From IMG/VR virus record IMGVR_UViG_3300038673_000220, positions 85,135 to 149,134 of that record: a DNA stretch of 64,000 bases; one strand, given 5' to 3'. The notes beneath the pieces are model-generated. The model had not been told where the DNA came from. It searched no databases and saw only the letters and a program-made list of their open reading frames with translations. Position numbers and translations under genes: made by a program. Below, in pieces: positions 40,793 to 49,115 of the stretch. Within the stretch, counting starts at the first letter, position 1. Every line of letters starts with the position of its first letter. This DNA comes from a virus. Lineage: Duplodnaviria > Caudoviricetes.

Positions 40793-41147
40793 CAAAATAA
40801 GGTCCTACTAATCAGTAATGATTAGATAGTATTCTCTCTAACTGCTGGAACCTACTTAGAGCTGTCTCACTACAACGTGATCTGAAAAGATGAGCGTGAA
40901 TGTCTGAAAACGAGACGGATTGGGGAACCGTGGATTCTAAGAATCCATTTAGCAGCGAAGATCCTAAGGCTATATAGCTATGGATAACGTTCAACGACTA
41001 ACCTCTTATCAAGGTGTAGAGTTCGAGTGAACTCGAAATGGGAGACTACCTCGAATGAGGTAGAAGATATAGTCTACTCTTTAGGGAAAACCTAAAGCTG
41101 CATTCAAATGCGGGTATCGATTAACGACCGATACTGAATATAAAAGG
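40793..41147 (+). mobile_element. Group I self-splicing intron (355 nt, no homing endonuclease ORF)
   Basis: P element AACTGCTGGAA (40840); R GTTCAACGACTA (40989); S AAGATATAGTCT (41064); P3 TCTCTC/GGGAGA; 5' exon U paired to G of the IGS; terminal G; splicing restores HDD|PKRANF in frame. Confidence 0.92.
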
Positions 41148-42278
41148 CCAAAAAGAGCGAATTTTACCAACATCCAACTATCCCATCATGTACCAACTAA
41201 GAATCTCAAACCTTCTCGATTAAGAACTGGATATGAGATGGTTATTCCTTACAAAACGACTGATTTCTTCATAGCTAAAGCTAAACAGAATGGTGAGGTT
41301 GTTGGTATTGATGAAAAGCTCAAACTCATCAAAGTTCAATACAAAGATGGATCAACTGATGTATTTGAATATGGTGAAATACCTGGAGAATCTTCAGGTT
41401 CATTAGTTAATCATCATATTTCAGTTCATCCTAATGTCAAGATCGGAGCTAAGTTTAAGAAAGGTAACATCATTACGTATCATGAAGATTTCTTTCAATT
41501 AGATCCGATAACGAATCAAATCTCTTGGTGTCATGGTATTCCAACAACCATGGCTGTTATGTCTAAGGACATTACTCTCGAAGATAGTAGTATGATATCA
41601 GCCGATCTTGCTAAAAAGCTTGATCTTGAAGTTATCAATTCTCGTGTCATTCAAGTCACGACAGACATGATCGTTGAAGATTTTTCTGATGTTGGAACCA
41701 CTGTTAAATTCAACGACCCTTTAATCAAACTGAAATATGAAGATACTGCTGAAATCATCGGTGATGTTGATGAGCTCTTTTTAGATCTTCGTCAAGTTGA
41801 GTATCGAAGTAAGAATGAAGGTGAAGTTGTTGGTATTCAGATTTACTATGTAGCTGATAGCTTAAATCAATCCTTAACGAAATTCGCTAATAAGATAACC
41901 TTTAATAAAAGAGCGAAGGCTCGATTAACAAAGGGTACACTTAAAGAAGAGCAATTCACTCCAGTGAATATCGTTCCAGAAGGAACTCGTGTCAAAGGTG
42001 TTCAATTATCAGCATCTGATGTACTGATCATTTTCCATATCAAATCTAATATAGGTTGTGGTATCGGCGACAAGATCGTTACAGGAAATATGCTGAAATC
42101 AGTTGTTGGTAAGATCGAACATAATCCAATGACTACTGAAGATGGTGAACCTATCGATATTGTTTTTGGTAGTATTAGTATCAATGACCGTATCGTTTTG
42201 AGTGTTTACATCAATGGTATCAGTGATCGTATTATTCAAAAAGCTGAAGAAGACATTGTTAATATGTACTTCGGATAA
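41148..42278 (+). CDS. rpoB: Virion RNA polymerase beta subunit, exon 2
   Basis: PKRANFTNIQLSH..RLRTGYE, EDSSMIS, GDKIV and IDIVF motifs; in frame with the ORF at 41238. Confidence 0.88.
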   Translation, partial: PKRANFTNIQLSHHVPTKNLKPSRLRTGYEMVIPYKTTDFFIAKAKQNGEVVGIDEKLKLIKVQYKDGSTDVFEYGEIPGESSGSLVNHHISVHPNVKIGAKFKKGNIITYHEDFFQLDPITNQISWCHGIPTTMAVMSKDITLEDSSMISADLAKKLDLEVINSRVIQVTTDMIVEDFSDVGTTVKFNDPLIKLKYEDTAEIIGDVDELFLDLRQVEYRSKNEGEVVGIQIYYVADSLNQSLTKFANKITFNKRAKARLTKGTLKEEQFTPVNIVPEGTRVKGVQLSASDVLIIFHIKSNIGCGIGDKIVTGNMLKSVVGKIEHNPMTTEDGEPIDIVFGSISINDRIVLSVYINGISDRIIQKAEEDIVNMYFG

Positions 42279-42282
42279 AGAA

Positions 42283-42322
42283 AAAGATCTCATCGGAGCT
42301 TCAATGCTCCGATGAGATCTTT
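42283..42322. terminator. Bidirectional terminator
   Basis: 17-bp perfect stem between convergent genes. Confidence 0.8.
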
Positions 42323-42343
42323 AAGTTCATAATCAAAAATCGA

Positions 42344-43549
42344 TTATTTGTAAGCAATTTTGTAAGCTTTAACTAACTGCAAAAAGTTGATGATAAGTTC
42401 ACGCACTGGCGTAATAGATCTATAAATCAAATACTGATAAACTCTAAAGATCATACGAGCTTGTCTAAGAGCATATCGTTTAGCAGAACGACTCTCAGTA
42501 TTAGCTTCACTAAGGAATTCTCCTTGACTGCTAATAACCCTGATAAACTTTGAACTATGATCCATCATGATTTTATTCGAGTTGTAAATCAATGAATACA
42601 TAGCAACGATTTTCAACAGTTTGTTTCCAACTTCGGTGAGATCTCCGGATTTCCATCCGAGTTTTCCAACTTCACCACGTTGGGTTACGAGGAATCGTTT
42701 GTCAGACTTAATTTTTGAAAGTTCACCATCTGTATCAAAAATCATCTTCATACCAAGAAATCCTTGAACGTCAGATGAAATCAGTTTTTCAAAATCAGAT
42801 TTAGCTTTCTTTGTTAAAGCTTTCAGTTGATCAGGTGTTACATCTTTATCAGAAACAAGCGCTTCAAAATCACCAAGCATTTTTGAAAGCACATTCGATC
42901 CGATACCTTTGTAAATACCTTCTAAGATACCGATCGCTTTGGTATAATTAGATTTAGAGAAACCACGAATGTTTCTTGCTGCAAATTTAGATTCTTCGAT
43001 ATCATTGACTTTCTTTAACTCGATAATACCTCGACGGATATTATTCGTAAAGTCACCCATGTATTTTTGGATAAAGATACCAAGATCTTTTAATGTGTTA
43101 GAAATCTTCAGAAAGACATTTTTCATACCTTCAAAAATATTTTTAACAACACCACCGATAGCTTCAATTGCAGCATCAGCTTCCTCATTCTTTACTGGAA
43201 CATCACTCAAAGATTCATAATCAGAACAAACCTTTAAAGCGATAAGTTCGTTATGAGGATCAGCTAATTTCATGATCGGAGCTGAAATACCATAATCACT
43301 AATAACATTAGTTAATGTTTCAAGTCGTTCAACTGATTCCTCGATTCGATCAACATAGGATTCGATTTCACCATCATCTTCATCTTCATCAAAGATCATA
43401 GAAGAATCGGAAAGAGATGCAATCATCTCGTCGATTTCGTCAATAGTCATCGGATCAGCTTCAATCTCTTCTGGAGTCATTTCAAAGATGGATTCGAGAG
43501 ATGCCTCATCAATCAAATTCTCTAATCCAGGTACAAGTAATTTCTTCAT
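42344..43549 (-). CDS. Internal head (ejection) protein paralog with acidic propeptide
   Basis: Acidic N-terminus with S/A/G-x-E sites; shares VERLE..GISAP.MK.ADP with the next gene. Confidence 0.6.
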   Translation of the reverse strand: MKKLLVPGLENLIDEASLESIFEMTPEEIEADPMTIDEIDEMIASLSDSSMIFDEDEDDGEIESYVDRIEESVERLETLTNVISDYGISAPIMKLADPHNELIALKVCSDYESLSDVPVKNEEADAAIEAIGGVVKNIFEGMKNVFLKISNTLKDLGIFIQKYMGDFTNNIRRGIIELKKVNDIEESKFAARNIRGFSKSNYTKAIGILEGIYKGIGSNVLSKMLGDFEALVSDKDVTPDQLKALTKKAKSDFEKLISSDVQGFLGMKMIFDTDGELSKIKSDKRFLVTQRGEVGKLGWKSGDLTEVGNKLLKIVAMYSLIYNSNKIMMDHSSKFIRVISSQGEFLSEANTESRSAKRYALRQARMIFRVYQYLIYRSITPVRELIINFLQLVKAYKIAYK

Positions 43550-43575
43550 GATTTATTCCTTTAAAAAGATATGAA

Positions 43576-43606
43576 CAGCACTAGCACTAAATAAGTGCTA
43601 GTGCTG
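43576..43606 (-). terminator. Hairpin
   Basis: 13-bp perfect stem. Confidence 0.6.
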
Positions 43607-43630
43607 AAATGATTAGATCAAGATGATCTA

Positions 43631-44872
43631 TTACTTACCTTCAGTACTCAGAGCAGCTTTAGCTACCTGAACTGCAGTACCATTGACTTTGTAGACAGCG
43701 TTAACTGCAACTTTGACCAAAGTCTTATAGTTGTTGGTAAGCTTCTTGATATTAGCAACAGCACTCTTTGCCACAGCTTTGTCGATACCTTCAGCTTTGG
43801 CTTTCTTCTTCAGAGAACCAGCTACCTTGTTCAGATTAGCAGCAGCTCCTTTCAAGCTCTTTGCAAGCACTTCACCTTCGGAAGTTACGCGAATTGCAGA
43901 ATCAACTGCAGCTTTTGCATCACCAGTAGACCAACCTTTCTCACCGAGATTACCACTGGATTTGGAAACAACAGCTTTAGTCTTAACAACTCCAGCACCT
44001 TCACCAGAAACTTCCAGACCGAAGATATCTTTAATATCTGCAGTATTCAGAGCTTTCAGAGATGCCGCAGCTTTCGATGCCAGACCATTGATTTTCTCTT
44101 CAGTTACACCAGAAGCAATAGCTGCTTCAATGTCAGCTGCAACTTTGGTCAGATTATCAGCTGCAGTAACTTTGAGAATGGTGTCGGCACCCTTAATGGC
44201 CTTACCAAATTCCTCTTTGGAGAGGACTTTCTTGGTCTGTACTTTGAATTTCTCATCGTTCATATCCTTGGCAGCACCAAGTTTGGCCTGAACGGATTTC
44301 AAAGCACCCTTATGAGTGGCCATGGATTTTGCAACTTTAACCATCAATGCAGTCAATGCTGCAGCAGCGGCAACAATAACGGCTTCAGTTAAGATTCCAC
44401 CAAGAAGACCAGCACCGCCAGCAGCGGCGGTTTTAGCCAATTCGGTTCCGCCAGAAACAACCAATGCTCCAGCAGCTTCAGTAGAAACGACAGTGTTCTC
44501 AAGAGCAGTTGCTACAGCTTCAGATTCTTCATCTTTAACTGACTCAAGGCTCAACTCTTCATAAGACTTACAAATACCAGCCTCAACCAGCTCGCGATAC
44601 GGGTCGGCGGCTTTCATCATCGGTGCAGAAATACCGAATTCGCGGATAACCTCAGCAAGATTCTCAAGACGTTCAACAGCGGTCTCAATTTCTTCAACCA
44701 CTTCGTCATCATCATCCATACCAGCGAATTCTTCTTCAACTTCCTCGTCAGATTCCATAACGAGTAACATTGCTGCATCGATATCTTCCGGTACTTCGAT
44801 TTCCTCGAACTCAGGGGTCTCTTCTTCGAGATTCAAGGATTCCAGATCAGGGATAAGTTTGAACTTAGCCAT
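43631..44872 (-). CDS. Abundant internal head protein paralog (phiKZ gp93-97-like)
   Basis: SLE, ALE and STE prohead-protease-type motifs; Ala/Lys-rich mature part; AAGGAG SD. Confidence 0.65.
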   Translation of the reverse strand: MAKFKLIPDLESLNLEEETPEFEEIEVPEDIDAAMLLVMESDEEVEEEFAGMDDDDEVVEEIETAVERLENLAEVIREFGISAPMMKAADPYRELVEAGICKSYEELSLESVKDEESEAVATALENTVVSTEAAGALVVSGGTELAKTAAAGGAGLLGGILTEAVIVAAAAALTALMVKVAKSMATHKGALKSVQAKLGAAKDMNDEKFKVQTKKVLSKEEFGKAIKGADTILKVTAADNLTKVAADIEAAIASGVTEEKINGLASKAAASLKALNTADIKDIFGLEVSGEGAGVVKTKAVVSKSSGNLGEKGWSTGDAKAAVDSAIRVTSEGEVLAKSLKGAAANLNKVAGSLKKKAKAEGIDKAVAKSAVANIKKLTNNYKTLVKVAVNAVYKVNGTAVQVAKAALSTEGK

Positions 44873-44913
44873 TGTAAAACTCCTTTTAATGCATTTGTTT
44901 TTTTGTTAACCGG

Positions 44914-45786
44914 TTAATTGAATAGCTTATTCGTGATTTTAGCAATAACAAGTAAATTGAAAAGTAAAGTCCTGGTATCTTGTGAGCTCGAACCATCTTT
45001 ATTTTCAACAGCGTGTTTCATAAATTCATAATTACCAAAACAACAGATCGTATTTGCAATAGATACTGAACCTAATGATGTAAGCTCTTCGAATTTAGAT
45101 TTGATCATACTTAATTTAGCTTCTTTGATTCCCACATAATCAAAAGAAGAATTAGCTTTAGCTAAAGAATAGGCCACTTTAGTTACTAAGTAACCTAAAA
45201 TAACCAAACATCTGATAGAGCTCACGTCTTCAAATTTATTCAAAATGTATTTAGCTGAGCTTCTCTTTTCGATAGTTTGGCTATAATGATTAACAAGTCT
45301 TAATTTCTTGATAAGGAAAACTAAGAGCTTCGTTCTATCAAACATAGTGCTTTCAGTCAAATGATATGATTCATCATTATGATTGATGGTCTTATCAGTG
45401 AAATTCGACATACGAAGAATCTGTTCAACGTCATATTCAAGCTTTTCGAATTCGAATCTGCTCATGAGCTGAATATCTTTATACAAAGAACCATTGATTT
45501 TGATATCAATAGGTTTATTCTCCATAAGATCGTTTTCAAGATTGAAGTGTTTAATGATACGATCAACTATGATATTTGTTATAAAAGCGATACGATTATT
45601 CATGAAGAATTTCATTTCATCGGAAATATCAACACGCTCAATATCTTGGTGCAGTTTAATAAACAACGGATGATTATCAGTTATAAGAGTATATAGTAGT
45701 GATGTTTTATCGTTAACTTGTTCAACATCATGAAACCTCATCAATTCAGTTACTTGATGTGAAGCTTCGATGAAGGTATTAAACAT
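44914..45786 (-). CDS. Hypothetical (probably virion) protein
   Basis: ORF open from 45822; likely ATG at 45786 coupled to the upstream stop. Confidence 0.55.
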   Translation of the reverse strand: MFNTFIEASHQVTELMRFHDVEQVNDKTSLLYTLITDNHPLFIKLHQDIERVDISDEMKFFMNNRIAFITNIIVDRIIKHFNLENDLMENKPIDIKINGSLYKDIQLMSRFEFEKLEYDVEQILRMSNFTDKTINHNDESYHLTESTMFDRTKLLVFLIKKLRLVNHYSQTIEKRSSAKYILNKFEDVSSIRCLVILGYLVTKVAYSLAKANSSFDYVGIKEAKLSMIKSKFEELTSLGSVSIANTICCFGNYEFMKHAVENKDGSSSQDTRTLLFNLLVIAKITNKLFN

Positions 45787-46783
45787 AATCTTCACCGTAA
45801 TAGTCGCTGAGCTTTTTGTCATACTTAGCTACTTTATCTTCATAAAACGAAATGATCTTAAGGGTCTTGGCGTATTCTGGATCATTGGGGTCAACACCAT
45901 CCAGAGATAATCGGATATTCGCAATGTGATTCTCAAGCCATTTCTTACGTTCTTTCATCATCTCATAATGCTGATGACGCCAATCGACATACGTTTCACC
46001 GATAAGAGAAAGAGCGTTAAGAGCTTTTGCTACTGTTGATAAAATCAGACCACCATTGGCCGCAGTAGAACTATCAAGATTTGATCGGAGAACATCGGCT
46101 GAAGAAAGCTTATAATCAGTCCCACGTTTCTTGATATTCATAATGATATTAACGATAGGTAATCCAACTGGTGAATTAACTACTTGATTAATGAGATCGA
46201 TACAAAGATCACCATTTTTCGTTATCTTTTGAACCATGTATTTCGGAACATCAGGACGTTTCGATTTCGTCATCACATGACTAAAGATAGCGATAAGGAA
46301 CATGCAGAAATCAACATAAATGTTCGCAATACCAATGGATCCAAGTAAGAGAGCTTGAGACATCTGGATATCACCAACAATGAATCCTTCTTTATTATTG
46401 ATGATTTCTTTTGTATTTGTTTGGAGATCAGCTACCATTGTGATGATACGATCAGTTGTTACAGAAATCGACTTGAAGAATCCAAGAGCTCGAGCTTTTC
46501 CAACAAGCTTTCTATCAATATCCAAGATAAATGATGTGCATGGTTTACCAATAGCGGTAACAATAATGCTATTCATTTTGAGTTGAGATTTCACTTCATT
46601 GTAGAGTGCAAGCTGCTGACCTTCAGATAATTGATCAAAGATATCTTTTGTGATATTCAAGGACCATTTAATATCTTCAAGTTGTTCACGGATACTATCT
46701 TCAGATATGTTTCGGTATTTGATTTCAGATGTCGGTTTTGAAAGAGTTGAAGAAATCGTACGAAGAACGTCAAATATTTTCAC
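45779..46783 (-). CDS. Inner-body/head protein (phiKZ gp90-like)
   Basis: C-terminal helical motif YEMMKERKKWLE..KIISFYEDKVAKY; synteny. Confidence 0.55.
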   Translation of the reverse strand: MKIFDVLRTISSTLSKPTSEIKYRNISEDSIREQLEDIKWSLNITKDIFDQLSEGQQLALYNEVKSQLKMNSIIVTAIGKPCTSFILDIDRKLVGKARALGFFKSISVTTDRIITMVADLQTNTKEIINNKEGFIVGDIQMSQALLLGSIGIANIYVDFCMFLIAIFSHVMTKSKRPDVPKYMVQKITKNGDLCIDLINQVVNSPVGLPIVNIIMNIKKRGTDYKLSSADVLRSNLDSSTAANGGLILSTVAKALNALSLIGETYVDWRHQHYEMMKERKKWLENHIANIRLSLDGVDPNDPEYAKTLKIISFYEDKVAKYDKKLSDYYGEDYV

Positions 46784-46811
46784 AATCGTGTCTCCTTAAT
46801 ATTGTAATGAT

Positions 46812-47954
46812 TTAGAATCTTGGCATTTGGTTCTTCGAAAGGTATTCCATGATCTCTTTCAACGAAAGCTTATCGGAAGCTGAAGAAGCTTTCATCTCAT
46901 TGTACGAATACGACGCCGATTGATCGATACCGTTAGTATAGATAGTTACACGAGAATATCTGCTATCAACCAATACTATGAACAATCCATAAATGGTATT
47001 AAAGAAACGTTGACGATCGAAGGGTCGTTCAAGGTTGATACCAGCCTTTTTGGTGACATCTTTGACAGTCTGCTCATCGGCTATCAAGATAGCATTTGCA
47101 AGATTATACGAACGTTTATTTGGATCTTGAACGATCTTCTTGAATTTAGACTTGTTCTGTTGACGAAGAATCTCAACCAGATTATTCTCTTTATCATCTT
47201 TAAGAGCTTTAGCTCTACGTTCAAGTTTGTCAATGCCGAAAACAAAATCTTTGATGAATCTGATCTCACCAGCTTGATACTGAGTGAATCGATTGATCAA
47301 TGACATATTGAAGTCACGTCCAAAAACATATTCCATAACAGATGATGGAACGATACGACTATTAATATTCACCATGATGGGAACATTGATAGTGGCACCA
47401 CTTGGACCAACAGCCATCGTGAGGTTGATATAACGACCAGAAGAGATCGGGATATTCATCTTCTTATCGACTTGATAATCATTTTTGGAAGGATCTTGCG
47501 TATAGGTTCGAGTGATATCTTCTTTAGGATTCCCGTAGTCGTCAGTCGAACGCTTGCTTTGGTACGTATAACCTTCCATACTTCCAGCTAACTGACCAAC
47601 GAGAGATTCAGTGTCAATGAAATCATTAATCGATTCAAAAGCACCTGCTGTAGAAACAGTGCTCATAATGTCTCGAACACGTTTTCCACCAACAATCATC
47701 TGATCCATTTCTAACGCGCAAATGATATAACCAACGTAAAGGTTATAAAGATTCTTAACGATATCATTAATAACAGATTCTTCTGCGATTAAACTTTGGA
47801 TAAAACATGGCGCTGCAACGATTGATTGTTTTGTAAATTTAGGAAGACTTGTTGCAGTATTTGCATTTTCAGCAAAACCTCGAACCAAATCCATAGTTTC
47901 ACTGATGGTCTGATGACCTTTAAATAACGATGCACCAACAGAAATAGGATCCAT
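46812..47954 (-). CDS. Inner-body/head protein (phiKZ gp89-like)
   Basis: SLPKFTK..P..I and AGEIRFIKDF motifs; AFE/SME sites; synteny. Confidence 0.55.
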   Translation of the reverse strand: MDPISVGASLFKGHQTISETMDLVRGFAENANTATSLPKFTKQSIVAAPCFIQSLIAEESVINDIVKNLYNLYVGYIICALEMDQMIVGGKRVRDIMSTVSTAGAFESINDFIDTESLVGQLAGSMEGYTYQSKRSTDDYGNPKEDITRTYTQDPSKNDYQVDKKMNIPISSGRYINLTMAVGPSGATINVPIMVNINSRIVPSSVMEYVFGRDFNMSLINRFTQYQAGEIRFIKDFVFGIDKLERRAKALKDDKENNLVEILRQQNKSKFKKIVQDPNKRSYNLANAILIADEQTVKDVTKKAGINLERPFDRQRFFNTIYGLFIVLVDSRYSRVTIYTNGIDQSASYSYNEMKASSASDKLSLKEIMEYLSKNQMPRF

Positions 47955-48037
47955 AAAAACGATCTCCTTTGAAATGAGGAATTGTGATATTAAGAAAACT
48001 AATCGTATTAGTTTATAACCTATAGAATTGTGAGATA

Positions 48038-49105
48038 ATGACTATGACAGATTTATCAAAAGAATTAGAGATATCTGAACTTGATAGTAAGACTCTTCAA
48101 TTAAGAAGTGCTATTGGAGCAGCTCTTTATTCAAAAGTAGGATCGCCAAAATTTTCATCGTTTCAGAATGCTATTTACGGTTTTGATAGTGTTCGAAACA
48201 CATTGTACATGCCAGAGATTGAAGGGCATGGTTTTACATTTTTCACTCGACCAAAATTAAACCTATCAACACCATCTATACGATCGGATCGTATTTTGAG
48301 TTTGATAGAATCAGAAGATCCTCAGACCGTTGCGTTCACTATCAGATCTATGCTTGATACAAAATACGCAAAGGGTAAATCTGTTTCATCTTCTCAGTAT
48401 TTTAATCCTTTGAATCCATTTATTTCTGTTTTGAGTAATAGATTGATTTCATTGAATGGCTGGCCAGATCCTACATTAGACGTTGAGACAACTGAAGGTG
48501 GTTTCTTTTCTGAAAGTATAACGTATCCAAAAGGTCATGACCAGTTGACGAGGAATTATGATTTGTCAGCGACGTTTTCAGATCTTCAAGGAAGCGTTAT
48601 CGCTATGCTTTTTCTTATCTGGTCAAGATGGATAGCATTAGCTACTCGTGGTAGAGTTATCGCTTATATGGAAGATATCGAATCACGAAGGATGTGTTTT
48701 ACGAGTTCTGTTTATAGATTCGTTATGGATCCATCTAATCGATATATCACAAAATGGGCAAAAGCTACAGGATGTTTTCCAAGATCTATCCCTTTAGGGG
48801 CATACTTCAATTACGATGCAAATGCTAGTAATGTTGATATAGCTATGAATATGTCTGTTCCAGTAACGGTTGCTGGTAAAGTTGAATATATGGATCCTAT
48901 CATCTTAAAAGAATTCAATATATTAACTGAACGAGCAAACCCCGGAATAAAATCATTTCGACAAGCTGCATCAAATAACCTTAGAATGGCTCTTAATTTC
49001 AAATGCGTTCCATATATCAGTCTCGACGGAACTAATGAACTGAAATGGATGTATAATGGAAGCGATCCGGATGTAAGAGCAATCGTTCAATCATACAGCA
49101 ATTAA
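48038..49105 (+). CDS. Virion structural protein (phiKZ gp88-like)
   Basis: GFTFFTRPKLNLS and LISLNGWPD motifs; divergent from the gp89-like gene. Confidence 0.6.
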   Translation: MTMTDLSKELEISELDSKTLQLRSAIGAALYSKVGSPKFSSFQNAIYGFDSVRNTLYMPEIEGHGFTFFTRPKLNLSTPSIRSDRILSLIESEDPQTVAFTIRSMLDTKYAKGKSVSSSQYFNPLNPFISVLSNRLISLNGWPDPTLDVETTEGGFFSESITYPKGHDQLTRNYDLSATFSDLQGSVIAMLFLIWSRWIALATRGRVIAYMEDIESRRMCFTSSVYRFVMDPSNRYITKWAKATGCFPRSIPLGAYFNYDANASNVDIAMNMSVPVTVAGKVEYMDPIILKEFNILTERANPGIKSFRQAASNNLRMALNFKCVPYISLDGTNELKWMYNGSDPDVRAIVQSYSN

Positions 49106-49115
49106 AGGATAAGAT

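Noticed and set aside
40812-40994. 60-aa antisense ORF in the intron as a homing endonuclease
   Set aside because: Too short, antisense, and without LAGLIDADG, HNH or GIY-YIG motifs
40793-41237. vRNAP beta as a pseudogene or two separate genes
   Set aside because: The gap is a well-formed group I intron whose removal restores the frame and the conserved motif
43731-44564. Long antisense ORFs (also 29798-30532, 32338-32658, 34063-34473, 46920-47303, 56820-57134)
   Set aside because: Shadows of codon bias or low complexity in the real genes; no recognisable motifs
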